Shown here: piece by piece, positions 9,373 through 18,920 of the stretch
Position numbering within the stretch: position 1 is the first letter of the stretch
How the letters are laid out: each line of letters opens with the position of its first letter
Assembly: GCA_963788855.1 (NCBI GenBank)
Contig: CAWBIE010000001.1
Location: 89,437-153,436, forward strand
Direction: 5' to 3'
Origin: an uncultured Verrucomicrobiae bacterium
GTDB taxonomy: Bacteria; Verrucomicrobiota; Verrucomicrobiia; Chthoniobacterales; UBA10450
Length of the DNA: 64,000 nucleotides
The notes under the pieces: model-generated
What the model was told of the DNA's origin: nothing
The model's input: the letters and a program-made list of their open reading frames with translations, nothing else
Databases searched by the model: none
Program-made: the position numbers and the translations under genes

Positions 9373-10788
9373 ATGTTTCTCCATATCCTCCGCGTCATCC
9401 TCATCGTTCTCGAGGTCCTGGTTCTTTTTAATCTGCTCATCGTGGTGCATGAGCTCGGGCACTTCCTGGCGGCACGCTGGCGCGGCCTCTACATCGAGAA
9501 GTTTGGCATTTGGTTTGGCAAACCGCTTTGGAAGAAAACCATCAACGGCGTGCAATACTCGCTCGGATCCCTGCCTTTCGGGGGATTTGTGGCGTTGCCG
9601 CAACTGGCTCCCATGGACATTATCGAGGGCAAGGCGGATGTGGATCGCGCCCAGCTGCCGCCGGTTTCGGCGCTGAACAAAATCATCGTGGCGATCGCGG
9701 GGCCCCTCTTCAGTTTATTGCTGGCCTTTGCCTTCGCCTGCCTCGTCTGGGTGTTTGGTCATCCGGTCAGCGAATCGGACATGACCACAACGGTGGGCTA
9801 CGTCGAAAAAGATTCACCCGCCGGGAAAGCGGGCATTCGCGCGGGCGACAAAATTCTGGAGGTCGATGGACAACCGGTCCGGCGCTTTTCCGGGATGAAC
9901 GACAGCGTCGTCTGGAACGTGGTGCGCAGCGAGGGCGAAACCATCCCGTTCAAAGTCGAGCGTGACGGCCAGGTTCTGGACTTCGACGTCGTGCCCTATA
10001 AAGCCGAGACGCGCGGTTGGGCTCGCAAGAGCGTCCGGCGGGTCTTGATCGAACCCGCGGTCACGTCGCTGATCGACAAGGTGCAGCCGGATACGCCCGC
10101 GGCGGCCGCCCACCTCCAGCCCGGGGATGTGATTCTGGGTTACAACGGCACCCGCATTTATCATCCGGTCGCCCTGCACGATTTCATCGAGTCGCACCCG
10201 GATCAGCCGATCAATTTGGAAGTACGGCGCGCGGGCAAGACTTTCGATGCACAGGTCACTCCGAGAATTCTGAACGACGAGAAGAAGCCGCGGATCGGCA
10301 TTCAATGGGATACGAGCGGAATAATGACCATCGCGCATCCGACCCCGCTCGAGCAGATCTATGACAGTGTGACCAGCACGTTGAACACGATTGGCGCAGT
10401 GGCGTCGCCTAAATCGGATGTCAAGCTGCAGCACTTGAGCGGGCCGATTGGGATCGGGCGCATTTATTATTTGCTCTTCGAAAACGACCGTGGCTGGCAA
10501 CTGGCGCTCTGGTTCAGCGTGATCCTGAACGTGAACCTGGCGATCCTGAACATGCTGCCGATCCCCGTACTCGACGGCGGCCACATTGTCCTTGGGATCA
10601 TCGAGTCGGTCCGGCGCCGGCCGCTGAACACGCGTTTCCTCGAGATTGTGCAAGGCACCTGCACGGCCTTGATCATTGGAGTGATTATCTACACAACGTT
10701 CTACGACTTCCAGGATCTGCCCTTCGTCAAAAAGAAGCTCGATCAGTACGAACCACAATCGAAGGAAAAAGACACGGACACACCCTAA
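9373..10788 (+). CDS. rseP: RIP metalloprotease RseP (site-2 protease, PDZ-containing)
   Basis: Intact 471-aa ORF with HELGH (VVHELGHFLAARW), central PDZ-like regions (PAGKAGIRAGDKILEVDG, AAAHLQPGDVILGYNG) and C-terminal NMLPIPVLDGGH. Confidence 0.9.
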   Translation: MFLHILRVILIVLEVLVLFNLLIVVHELGHFLAARWRGLYIEKFGIWFGKPLWKKTINGVQYSLGSLPFGGFVALPQLAPMDIIEGKADVDRAQLPPVSALNKIIVAIAGPLFSLLLAFAFACLVWVFGHPVSESDMTTTVGYVEKDSPAGKAGIRAGDKILEVDGQPVRRFSGMNDSVVWNVVRSEGETIPFKVERDGQVLDFDVVPYKAETRGWARKSVRRVLIEPAVTSLIDKVQPDTPAAAAHLQPGDVILGYNGTRIYHPVALHDFIESHPDQPINLEVRRAGKTFDAQVTPRILNDEKKPRIGIQWDTSGIMTIAHPTPLEQIYDSVTSTLNTIGAVASPKSDVKLQHLSGPIGIGRIYYLLFENDRGWQLALWFSVILNVNLAILNMLPIPVLDGGHIVLGIIESVRRRPLNTRFLEIVQGTCTALIIGVIIYTTFYDFQDLPFVKKKLDQYEPQSKEKDTDTP

Positions 10789-10830
10789 CGTGCGATTGCA
10801 CGCCGGGCGCCGCGCTCTAAATTCGCAGCT

Positions 10831-12771
10831 GTGAGGTACTGCGACTCGCCATTTTCATATCAGCGGCGCGTTTCGCGCGAGGTCATGGTCGGCAAGGTCG
10901 GCGTGGGTGGAACAAGTCCGATCCGCGTTCAATCCATGATCACGTGCGATACCATGGACACGGAAGCGTCCATCGCACAGACGATGGAATTGGCCGCGGT
11001 TGGGTGCGAGATCGTGCGCATCACGGCCCCGACCGTAAAGGACTCGCGGAATCTCGAATTGATTGTCAAAGGTCTGCGCGACCGAGGCTGCGACGTGCCA
11101 ATCGTAGCCGACATCCATTTCAAACCGGATGCGGCCATGGAAGCCGCCAAATGGGTCGAGAAAGTGCGCATCAACCCCGGGAACTACGCCGACTCGAAAA
11201 AATTCGCGATCCGCGAATACAGCGATGAGCAATATGCGGCGGAGTTGGCGCGGATTCGGGAACGCTTTGCGCCGCTGGTCGAACTTTGTCGAAGCCGCGG
11301 CATCGCCATGCGCATCGGCACGAATCACGGGTCGCTCAGCGACCGGATCATGAACCGTTATGGAGATTCTCCACTCGGCATGGTGGAGAGCGCTCTCGAG
11401 TTCGCGCGGATCGCGCGCGACCTCGATTATCACGCCTTCGTTTTCTCGATGAAGTCGAGCAACCCCAAGGTGATGATCGCGGCGTATCGGTTGCTCGTCG
11501 CGCGGCTCGACCAGGAAGGCCCGGATTGGAACTATCCGATTCATCTCGGCGTGACCGAGGCGGGGGAAGGCGAAGACGCGCGCATCAAAAGCGCGATCGG
11601 AATTGGTTCGCTCCTGGCAGACGGCATTGGCGATACCATTCGTGTTTCCCTGACGGAAGACAGCATTCACGAAATTCCGGTGGCGAAGGCCCTAATCGAT
11701 TGCGGATTGCGGATTGCCGATTGCGGAAAGAACAAATCCGAAATCCGAACTCCGGAATCCGGAATTTCCTTTGATCCATTTTCCTATCAACGCCGCGCCA
11801 CGGAGAGGATTTCTGTAGCAACCATCGGCGATCCCGGCCAAACCATTGCTCTGGGTGGAGAGGAGTTAATCCGGGTCGTCGTTAGGCAAGCGAATTTCGA
11901 CAAAATTGCCCACAAGATCGACAAGATGGGTGATTACAAGCCGGAGATCGTCTACGAGAAGGCGCAGATCGTGAAAGTGGATCCGCGCGACGATGTGGCG
12001 ATGGCGCGATTGAATGAAAGTTCGGCGGCGCAGTTCGTGACGGTAAGGGACGACGTGGATTTGCCGGTGATCGCGGCGTTTCGGCTGCTGGCCGCCAGGT
12101 TGGATGCGCGGCATCCGATTCTTTTAAAAGACACGCTGGGCTGGGTGCCGACTCAGAATGACGAAGCACGAATGACGAATGACGAAGGAAGTCCGAATGA
12201 CCGAATGACGAAGGAGGCACCCGGTGATTTCGTTCGGGATTCGAGCTTCGTCATTCCTTCGACATTCGACATTCGTCATTCGTCATTCCTGGAGACGCTA
12301 CTCGTAGCGTCGGCCAACATCGGCTCGCTCCTTTGCGATGGGATCGGGGACGCTGTTCTGGTGCAAGGCGAAGAGGCCCCCGGTCAGGCCCTGCGACTTT
12401 CGTATAATATACTGCAGGCGGCGGGCTCGCGGATTTTCAAGACCGATTACGTGGCCTGTCCGTCCTGCGGGCGCACCTTGTTCAATCTTCAAACCACCAC
12501 CGCGAAAATCAAAGCCGCAACTCTGCATCTCAAAGGCGTCAAGATCGCCATCATGGGCTGCATCGTGAACGGTCCGGGCGAAATGGCGGATGCGGATTTC
12601 GGTTACGTGGGCGGCGCTCCCGGAAAAGTGAATCTCTATGTCGGGAAAACGCCGGTGAAATTCAATATCCCGGAGGCCGAAGCGGTCGATCGTTTGCAGG
12701 ATCTCATTCGCGAGCACGGCAAGTGGATTGAACCGGCGGGGCAACCGGCCACGGCCGACCTTTCGAACTGA
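10831..12771 (+). CDS. ispG: 4-hydroxy-3-methylbut-2-enyl diphosphate synthase IspG, long form with internal insertion domain
   Basis: Intact 646-aa ORF. N-terminal TIM-barrel part (IRVQSMITCDT, VRITAPT, PIVADIHF, RINPGN) and C-terminal 4Fe-4S part (ACPSCGRT, MGCIVNGPGEMADADFGYVG) are separated by ~270 aa, as in long-form (plant/Bacteroidetes-type) IspG. Confidence 0.9.
   Translation: MRYCDSPFSYQRRVSREVMVGKVGVGGTSPIRVQSMITCDTMDTEASIAQTMELAAVGCEIVRITAPTVKDSRNLELIVKGLRDRGCDVPIVADIHFKPDAAMEAAKWVEKVRINPGNYADSKKFAIREYSDEQYAAELARIRERFAPLVELCRSRGIAMRIGTNHGSLSDRIMNRYGDSPLGMVESALEFARIARDLDYHAFVFSMKSSNPKVMIAAYRLLVARLDQEGPDWNYPIHLGVTEAGEGEDARIKSAIGIGSLLADGIGDTIRVSLTEDSIHEIPVAKALIDCGLRIADCGKNKSEIRTPESGISFDPFSYQRRATERISVATIGDPGQTIALGGEELIRVVVRQANFDKIAHKIDKMGDYKPEIVYEKAQIVKVDPRDDVAMARLNESSAAQFVTVRDDVDLPVIAAFRLLAARLDARHPILLKDTLGWVPTQNDEARMTNDEGSPNDRMTKEAPGDFVRDSSFVIPSTFDIRHSSFLETLLVASANIGSLLCDGIGDAVLVQGEEAPGQALRLSYNILQAAGSRIFKTDYVACPSCGRTLFNLQTTTAKIKAATLHLKGVKIAIMGCIVNGPGEMADADFGYVGGAPGKVNLYVGKTPVKFNIPEAEAVDRLQDLIREHGKWIEPAGQPATADLSN
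11694..11767. repeat. Heptamer-built hairpin element (GATTGCG / CCGAAAT family) in frame inside ispG
   Basis: Left arm aatcGATTGCG GATTGCG GATTGCC GATTGCG GA. Right arm TCCGAAA TCCGAAC TCCGGAA TCCGGAA. The arms are partly complementary. Encodes LIDCGLRIADCGKNKSEIRTPESGISF. Confidence 0.6.
12156..12289. repeat. Heptamer-built hairpin element (GAATGAC family) in frame inside ispG
   Basis: Left arm is repeats of GAATGAC(G) (gaatgacgaagcacgaatgacgaatgacgaagg...ccgaatgacgaagg). Right arm cttcgtcattccttcgacattcgacattcgtcattcgtcattcc is its approximate reverse complement. Encodes NDEARMTNDEGSPNDRMTKE...SSFVIPSTFDIRHSSF. Confidence 0.7.
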
Positions 12772-13226
12772 CTGCCCTCGACCGTCCCTGGTCGCGCCTC
12801 TTGTTGGGGCGTGAGCCGGTCAGGCAACACTGCACGGGATAACCGTGCGTCGCGGCGGCTTCTTCATCGTTGTCCTCTTCCGCCGGCCGCGATCAACCTT
12901 GCGCTTTTGTAATGATTCAGCGGGTTGCCGCTACGATTTTTCATAAATACTCCGCAGTGACAGCCTGGTGCCGTTTGAGCCTCATGCGTTGATATTGTAT
13001 GTGTATTACGGATTAATATTTCCCACTACGAAGTGTTCGTTCATCGTTCCGGGATCTCGCTCTGCACGTGGGCGTCTTCTGTTTTCACAGAGGCAGCGCG
13101 CCCAAACGGGTGGGGTTCGGATTGTGAATAACTTTCTTCCAAGAAGACGCAAAATAAGCTTGACCATTTTATGGCGGTTCAGGCAGTCTCGCCACTTACT
13201 CAACCCTATTCTGCATTATAGATTAT

Positions 13227-16200
13227 ATGAAACATACGTTACGGCAGTTTTGTTATGGCTTCTCGTTTTCGAAATTTTCCTTTGCCGCGCCGGTGCTCGT
13301 GGCGCTCGCCCTCGCCTCGCCGCTGGTGCTCCAGACCTCCGCGCAGGACGATGTGGTGACGTCAGCTCCAGCGCCGGATGCGGTTCCGCCCAGCATGCAA
13401 AAGGCTGTAACCGTGATGGTGGAAATGAATGCGGCGCCCGCGGGCGTTGCGTATGCCGCGGCTTTAAAACAGGCGCAGGCCCAAGCCGATGCGACGCGCA
13501 ATTATGCGCTGGCCCATCCTAATGCGAAGACTTCAAAGGCGCTGCTAAAACAGAAGGCCGGCCCGGTTCAAATCAGCTCGAACGCAGCCAGCCAGATTAA
13601 GACTACCGTAAAACAACTCGACCAGACGCAGAAAACAATGCTTCCCGCCTTAACCGGTGCCAACATTGGCGGTACGGTGATCTTTCGCGTGCAGCGGGCC
13701 TACAATGGTATCGCCATGATTGTCAGTCCGACCAAGATCGCTGCGATCGCCGCGCTTCCCGGCGTAAAAGCGGTTCATCCGATGCATCCGAAGTTCCTCA
13801 CAACTGCCTTTTCGGATATCGACTTTTTGAATACTCGCCCGGTTTGGACCACAGGCATCACCGGCACACATGGTGAAGGCGTCAAGGTGGCCGACATCGA
13901 TACCGGCCTCGATTACATTCACACAAACTTCGGCGGATCGGGTTCGGCTGCAGATTACGCTTCCATCAGCGACACGAGTCCCGTGCCGAATGCGGATTTC
14001 CCGACGGCCAAAATCCCCGGCGGCACCGATCTTGCCGGTGATGCGTATGCGGCGACCACCAATCCGTCGGATCCGTCCAACATTCCTCACCCGGACCCCA
14101 ACCCACTCGATTGCAACGGCCACGGGACGGGCACGGCCAGCCTGATTGCCGGCCTCGGCGTTACGAACGGCGGAACGACCTATGTCGGGGCCTACGATGG
14201 GACCAACCCATTGATCTCCTCGCTCAAGATCGCCCCTGGGTTTGCTCCGGGCGCCCTGCTTTATCCGATCCGCGTTTTTGGCTGCAGCGGTTCAACCAAT
14301 CTAGTCACTCAGGCCATCGAATATTGCATGGACCCGAATGGCGACGGCGACTTTTCGGATCACATGGATGTGATCAACATGTCCCTGGGTTCCGATGAAG
14401 GCGATGCGAACGATCCGGATTGTGTGGCTGCTTCAAGCGCCGCCTCGGTCGGTATCATCGTCTGCTCTGCTGCCGGCAACGCGGGAGATTCCTATTACAT
14501 TCACAGCGCCCCGGCGGCCGCGGGCGGCACCCTCAGTTGCGCGGCCAGCTTCAACGATCAGGCTGGATATATTTTCAACGCTAGTTTGACGGCGAACTCT
14601 CCCGCGCCCATCGCCGGCTCAATATATGGTGCCATTTACGGCAGCCCCAGCCCGTCTGTTCCGCCGGCCGGGCTCACTGGCAACATTGTTTACGCGAATC
14701 CGCCGGACGCCTCGGCGCCTCTGACCAATGCCGCCGACATCGCCGGAAACATTTGTATGATTGACCGCGGCGCTGTCAGTTTCGTGTCCAAGGTCCAGGC
14801 GGCCCAGGCGGCCGGCGCGGTGGCTTGTGTCGTCGTGCAAAGCGCTGCGGGCAGCGGGACGCCAAACCCCATCACCATGGCGCTGGATAACTCCACCAGC
14901 ATCCCCGCTGTCATGATCGGGTTAAACGAAGGCAATGCGATCAAAGCGCAGCTCAATCCCTCCCGCACTGGTGTCAACGTGACGATAAATAATGCCAATG
15001 GCGTTACTTCTCCCGGTGGCGTAGCCGCGGCGCCGGACACGATGACTACTTATAGCTCCCGCGGTCCACGGCTCCCGGATAGTGCGATCAAGCCGGATAT
15101 TACGTCGCCAGCAGAAGTCACTGGTGTCGCCCAGAGCGCGGCCGAACAGCCTGTTACGGCTTTCAGCGGCAACGCAGTTGAGAACTTTAACGGCACGTCC
15201 TCTGCCACTCCGCATATTGCAGGTATGATGGCTTTGCTAAAACAGCTCCATCCAACCTGGTCGGTGCAGGAACTAAATGCGCTGGCTTGCAGCACCGCAA
15301 ACCACGATCTCTTCACCACAACGGCGCATACCACGCAATTCGGCGTGGGTCGTGTGGGCGCTGGTCGTAACGATGTGGGGCTCGCGGGCGCGGCCAGTGT
15401 AGTCGCGTATAACGGATCCGACGCGAATCTCATCGGCGTCTCTTTCGGTTCCGTTGAGGCGCCCGCTGGTGGCTCAAGTACGTTGACCAAGAATATTACG
15501 CTGACGAACAAGGGCGCGACGCCAGAAACGTACACGCCGAGCATCCAGAATAATCCGGCGCTTACGGGGGCGACCTTCACCTTGCCCGCCGGTCCCATTT
15601 TGGTTGGTGCGGGCTCGAGCGTGAGCGTTCCGGTCACACTCACGGTGACCAGCAGTGCGCTCAAGCACGCGATCGAGAGCAGCACCACGCCCCATGTGGG
15701 TCAGTGGCTGACTGAAGCTGGCGGTTATGCGGTCTTTACGCCGGGCGACGCTTCGCCGACGCTTCGTGTCACGCTTTATGCCGCGCCGAAGCCAGTGTCT
15801 TCGATGACAGCCGCGATAACGAACTTCGTGCCGACTGCGAGCACAGGGAGCTTTAACATCAATCTGGCGGGGACCCCGGTGAATACCGGCGCGAGTCTCG
15901 GCAGCGGCTTCGATATTCTCAGTCTGGTGAAGGCGTTTGAGTTGCAGTACGCCAGCACGGATGCAGGGGCGCCCGGCGCTTCCACCGATCCTAACGTGAT
16001 TAAGTACGTTGGTGTGACCAGCGATTTCCCGACGCACACGCCCGCAAGTGCGGTGCGAGTTGTTTTCGGCGTCGAAGGCTTCGGTAACGCCGCCACGCCG
16101 GATTTTTCGAGCTCGGACAAGGAAATATTCATCGATACCTTTACAGGCAACGGGCCTGGCGGCGGACCAGATGGAATTCCCGATTTCGCAGTCTTCTTGA

Positions 16201-16946
16201 CGTCTAGCGGCGGGGCCAACCAGTTCGTCCCGGAAGTCGTAAATCTTCACAGCGGCGCTGCGAGTGTGGCTTTCTTGACGAATGGTCTCAGCGCGGCCGT
16301 TGCAGATACGAACATCTTCAACAACAGCGCGATTACCATCCCAGTGCAGGGAACATCCATAGGCCTCTATGGTGTTGGCGGAACTTCGCCCAGCTTGTTC
16401 CAGTATCAGGTTGTGACCTTCGACAGGAGTGGCAACGAAATAGATGAGACCCCAGTTCTCACCTACGACGTGGCGCATCCCGGTTTGGAAGTGGAGAACT
16501 CAGGTGCTGTGGCGGGCGTGTCGAGCGTGTTTAGTTCCACGGCGGCGTTCAGGGAGAACTTCATGTATCAGGATCTCCCGACCAACTTCATCCCGGTTAA
16601 CTATAACGGAACGAACTTCCAGGCCGACGGATCGCTCGGTGTCTTGCTGTTGCACATGCACAATGGCACCGGCCATCATGCGGACGTGGTTGCGTTCCGC
16701 AAACCGACGGTCTCGGGCTTCAGCCCGGCCAGCGCCAAGGTGGGCGCGCTCATCACGATCACCGGCGCCAACTTTGGGGCCGGCACAACCGTGAAGTTCT
16801 ACAACAACCAGCCGGCCGTGGTGAACGTCCTGACTGCCAATACGCTCGTGGCCACGGTGCCACCGGGCGCAATCACGGGTCCGATCCGCGTTGGAAACGC
16901 GGCCGGATCCACGACCGCCCCGGGCAATTTTACGGTCTTGCCATAA
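13227..16946 (+). CDS. Secreted subtilisin-family (S8) serine protease with a PA-like insert and a C-terminal IPT/TIG domain
   Basis: Intact 1239-aa ORF with signal peptide. Catalytic triad contexts VADIDTGLDY (Asp), CNGHGTGTASLIAG (His), NGTSSATPHIAGMMALL (Ser). C-terminus PTVSGFSPASAKVGALITITGANFGAGTTVKFYN...GPIRVGNAAGS is IPT/TIG-like. Confidence 0.88.
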   Translation: MKHTLRQFCYGFSFSKFSFAAPVLVALALASPLVLQTSAQDDVVTSAPAPDAVPPSMQKAVTVMVEMNAAPAGVAYAAALKQAQAQADATRNYALAHPNAKTSKALLKQKAGPVQISSNAASQIKTTVKQLDQTQKTMLPALTGANIGGTVIFRVQRAYNGIAMIVSPTKIAAIAALPGVKAVHPMHPKFLTTAFSDIDFLNTRPVWTTGITGTHGEGVKVADIDTGLDYIHTNFGGSGSAADYASISDTSPVPNADFPTAKIPGGTDLAGDAYAATTNPSDPSNIPHPDPNPLDCNGHGTGTASLIAGLGVTNGGTTYVGAYDGTNPLISSLKIAPGFAPGALLYPIRVFGCSGSTNLVTQAIEYCMDPNGDGDFSDHMDVINMSLGSDEGDANDPDCVAASSAASVGIIVCSAAGNAGDSYYIHSAPAAAGGTLSCAASFNDQAGYIFNASLTANSPAPIAGSIYGAIYGSPSPSVPPAGLTGNIVYANPPDASAPLTNAADIAGNICMIDRGAVSFVSKVQAAQAAGAVACVVVQSAAGSGTPNPITMALDNSTSIPAVMIGLNEGNAIKAQLNPSRTGVNVTINNANGVTSPGGVAAAPDTMTTYSSRGPRLPDSAIKPDITSPAEVTGVAQSAAEQPVTAFSGNAVENFNGTSSATPHIAGMMALLKQLHPTWSVQELNALACSTANHDLFTTTAHTTQFGVGRVGAGRNDVGLAGAASVVAYNGSDANLIGVSFGSVEAPAGGSSTLTKNITLTNKGATPETYTPSIQNNPALTGATFTLPAGPILVGAGSSVSVPVTLTVTSSALKHAIESSTTPHVGQWLTEAGGYAVFTPGDASPTLRVTLYAAPKPVSSMTAAITNFVPTASTGSFNINLAGTPVNTGASLGSGFDILSLVKAFELQYASTDAGAPGASTDPNVIKYVGVTSDFPTHTPASAVRVVFGVEGFGNAATPDFSSSDKEIFIDTFTGNGPGGGPDGIPDFAVFLTSSGGANQFVPEVVNLHSGAASVAFLTNGLSAAVADTNIFNNSAITIPVQGTSIGLYGVGGTSPSLFQYQVVTFDRSGNEIDETPVLTYDVAHPGLEVENSGAVAGVSSVFSSTAAFRENFMYQDLPTNFIPVNYNGTNFQADGSLGVLLLHMHNGTGHHADVVAFRKPTVSGFSPASAKVGALITITGANFGAGTTVKFYNNQPAVVNVLTANTLVATVPPGAITGPIRVGNAAGSTTAPGNFTVLP

Positions 16947-16967
16947 GCTAAGGGATTGATCTATAAT
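16938..16967 (+). promoter_or_regulatory. Putative promoter TTGCCA-N18-TATAAT for the first PEP-CTERM gene
   Basis: TTGCCA at 16938-16943 (overlaps the protease stop codon) and TATAAT at 16962-16967, 23 nt upstream of ATG 16990. The same architecture recurs before the paralogue at 17935-17964. Confidence 0.4.
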
Positions 16968-16989
16968 AATAAGGAATAGCTATAAATAT

Positions 16990-17790
16990 ATGAGACCAAT
17001 AACATCTGCCTCACGTACCGCCGTCCTTCTCGTAGCCGTCCTCTCGCTTACCCTCGGATCGAGAACGGCTCGCGCCGCGACCGAAACGTTCGACTACGGG
17101 TTTACCTTGAATTCGAGTAACAGCATCGGCGATGCGAGTCTTCAAGGAGGTTACTTCGGAATTGGTCCGGTATCGACACCGAACCAGATCCTGCTCACCA
17201 CCATCAGCACGGCTGGCGCGCACGATCCGGGTCCGAACCAGTCAGGCACAAACGCCGTTTCCGTAACAGCGATGGCAGCGTTTCTTGGCATCCCCACGAC
17301 CACCATTCGCGACGGCGTCGTGACCGGCCAGGAAGGCTCTGTTTTGCAACTCAACATCGGGTCCGTGGTGGCTGGTACGATCATCAGCTTCAACTACGAC
17401 TTCCTCACCAATGAAACCGACGGAGGCGCACACACTGACTTCGCCTTCGTCGCACTCGTCGACAGCGTGAATGGCATAAACGGCAATACACCGGTAGTCT
17501 CCGACATATTTGCCCCGCTGTCCGTGACCACGGGCGCCGGCAATCCATTTGCGCTCGAAACGGGGTATCAGACGTACAGTTTCGTGGTTGGCACCACTGG
17601 AACTTATTCGCTGGGTATCGGCGTGACGGATGGAACGACCACGGACACGTCGTCGGCCTTGCTGGTAGACAATGTCAGCGTGCCCGAGGGAGGGACGTCG
17701 GTCGTCCTCCTGGTCATCGCACTGGCCGCAGTCGAAGGCTTGCGCAGATTGCAATCGCTGTCTCGCGCTCCGGCTCGGACCCAATCATAA
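16990..17790 (+). CDS. PEP-CTERM-type sorting-domain protein (variant motif), paralogue 1
   Basis: Signal peptide. Conserved core shared with the next gene (AHDPGPNQSG.NAVSVTA, IRDG.V.GQEGS, AGTIISF.YDFLTN, DFAF, TTGAGNPF.LET, LGIGV.DGTTTDT.SALLVDN). C-terminus VPEGGTSVVLLVIALAAVEGLRR. Confidence 0.7.
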   Translation: MRPITSASRTAVLLVAVLSLTLGSRTARAATETFDYGFTLNSSNSIGDASLQGGYFGIGPVSTPNQILLTTISTAGAHDPGPNQSGTNAVSVTAMAAFLGIPTTTIRDGVVTGQEGSVLQLNIGSVVAGTIISFNYDFLTNETDGGAHTDFAFVALVDSVNGINGNTPVVSDIFAPLSVTTGAGNPFALETGYQTYSFVVGTTGTYSLGIGVTDGTTTDTSSALLVDNVSVPEGGTSVVLLVIALAAVEGLRRLQSLSRAPARTQS

Positions 17791-17934
17791 GGATTCTGTC
17801 TCGATCAGAGGGCAAGAGTCAACCTGGGTGGTGACACGATGGCTTCGACGCAGCGGGCCCGGTGGACGGAAAAGTCACGGGCCCACCGCATTTCAGACGA
17901 ACTGGCGCAGCCAGGCCCTGCTCATCTTAAAGTA

Positions 17935-17964
17935 TTGCCGTGAGCCGAACAAATAGTCTATAAT
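17935..17964 (+). promoter_or_regulatory. Putative promoter TTGCCG-N18-TATAAT for the second PEP-CTERM gene
   Basis: TTGCCG at 17935-17940 and TATAAT at 17959-17964, 15 nt upstream of ATG 17979. Mirrors the element at 16938-16967. Confidence 0.4.
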
Positions 17965-17978
17965 TAACGCGAACTACC

Positions 17979-18752
17979 ATGGCAGCTGTAATTCCATCCT
18001 TCCGCATCTCGGCATGCCTGACGGCCATCTGGTTAGGCTTGCTCGCCGCTGGCGCCACACGCGCGGCTACCGTCGAAGGATTCGAATCGACCACGCTGAA
18101 TGCCGCCAACAGCATCGGTGACGCGAGCATTCAAACCCCCAGTTATTTCACGATTAACCCAACCCAATTAACGCACGAGCTTTTGCTGACCACCATTTTG
18201 GCCCCGGCTCATGATCCAGGCCCGAATCAATCCGGCAACAACGCAGTGTCCGTGACGGCCGTGGCAACCTTTCTCGGTGTGACTACAGCCAGCATCAGGG
18301 ACGGTCTCGTCGCCGGGCAGGAGGGGTCCGCCTTTCAGCTCAGCCTCGGGACTTTGACGGCGGGAACAATCATTTCCTTCGACTACGATTTTCTCACCAA
18401 TGACGCGGCTCCGCCGGACGGTCATAACGACTTCGCTTTTATCACCCTAACGGGCCAGAGCAATGCCGTGGTGGCGGACGAATTAGCTCCAGCTCAATTC
18501 GCGACGACCGGTGCGGGCAATCCGTTTCTCCTTGAGACCCATTATCAAACCTTCACCGTGAGCGTCCCCACGACAGGCGTCTACGCTTTGGGGATTGGCG
18601 TTGTGGATGGAACCACGACCGACACCCCGTCCGCTCTCCTGGTGGATAATATTTCAGTCAATCCCGTGCCCGAGCCTTCCACGCTTGGTCTCACCTTTGC
18701 CGGCGCGACCTTATTGGCCGCGGTTCGCCGCCGCTTCAAGAGAACGTTCTAG
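17979..18752 (+). CDS. PEP-CTERM sorting-domain protein, paralogue 2
   Basis: Signal peptide, same conserved core as 16990-17790, and a canonical C-terminus VPEPSTLGLTFAGATLLAAVRRRFKRTF (PEP motif, TM helix, basic tail). Confidence 0.8.
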   Translation: MAAVIPSFRISACLTAIWLGLLAAGATRAATVEGFESTTLNAANSIGDASIQTPSYFTINPTQLTHELLLTTILAPAHDPGPNQSGNNAVSVTAVATFLGVTTASIRDGLVAGQEGSAFQLSLGTLTAGTIISFDYDFLTNDAAPPDGHNDFAFITLTGQSNAVVADELAPAQFATTGAGNPFLLETHYQTFTVSVPTTGVYALGIGVVDGTTTDTPSALLVDNISVNPVPEPSTLGLTFAGATLLAAVRRRFKRTF

Positions 18753-18776
18753 CATCCGCTTTCCAGCACGTAGCTA

Positions 18777-18811
18777 GCGGGTCAGCAGCAATGCTGGCCC
18801 GCGTTGTTTTT
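18777..18811 (+). terminator. Rho-independent terminator after the PEP-CTERM pair
   Basis: 10-bp stem gcgggtcagc / gctggcccgc (one G-U pair), 6-nt loop agcaat, then gttgttttt. Begins 25 nt after the stop at 18752. Confidence 0.6.
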
Positions 18812-18920
18812 GCGGGCAGAATTTCCCGCGGGCCGCCCGCGCAACTGTAGCCACCACGCTGTGCGCGGTGCAAACCGAGTCGAACATGTAATTGTGTGGT
18901 TCCAAGCGAAGAATTAAATC

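Noticed and set aside
10855-11670. 271-aa ORF antisense to ispG
   Set aside because: Shadow ORF opposite a well-supported gene.
12968-13522. 184-aa ORF spanning the AT-richer region upstream of the protease and overlapping its start
   Set aside because: It has no motifs and overlaps the signal-peptide-encoding start of the protease in another frame. The 455-nt upstream region is more likely a promoter/leader. I could not recognise a riboswitch or sRNA in it.
15474-16478. 334-aa ORF antisense to the subtilase gene (also 13650-14123, 15050-15688 and 15776-16219)
   Set aside because: It is antisense to a clearly coding, motif-bearing 1239-aa gene, and its composition (R/A/G-rich) is typical of shadow ORFs.
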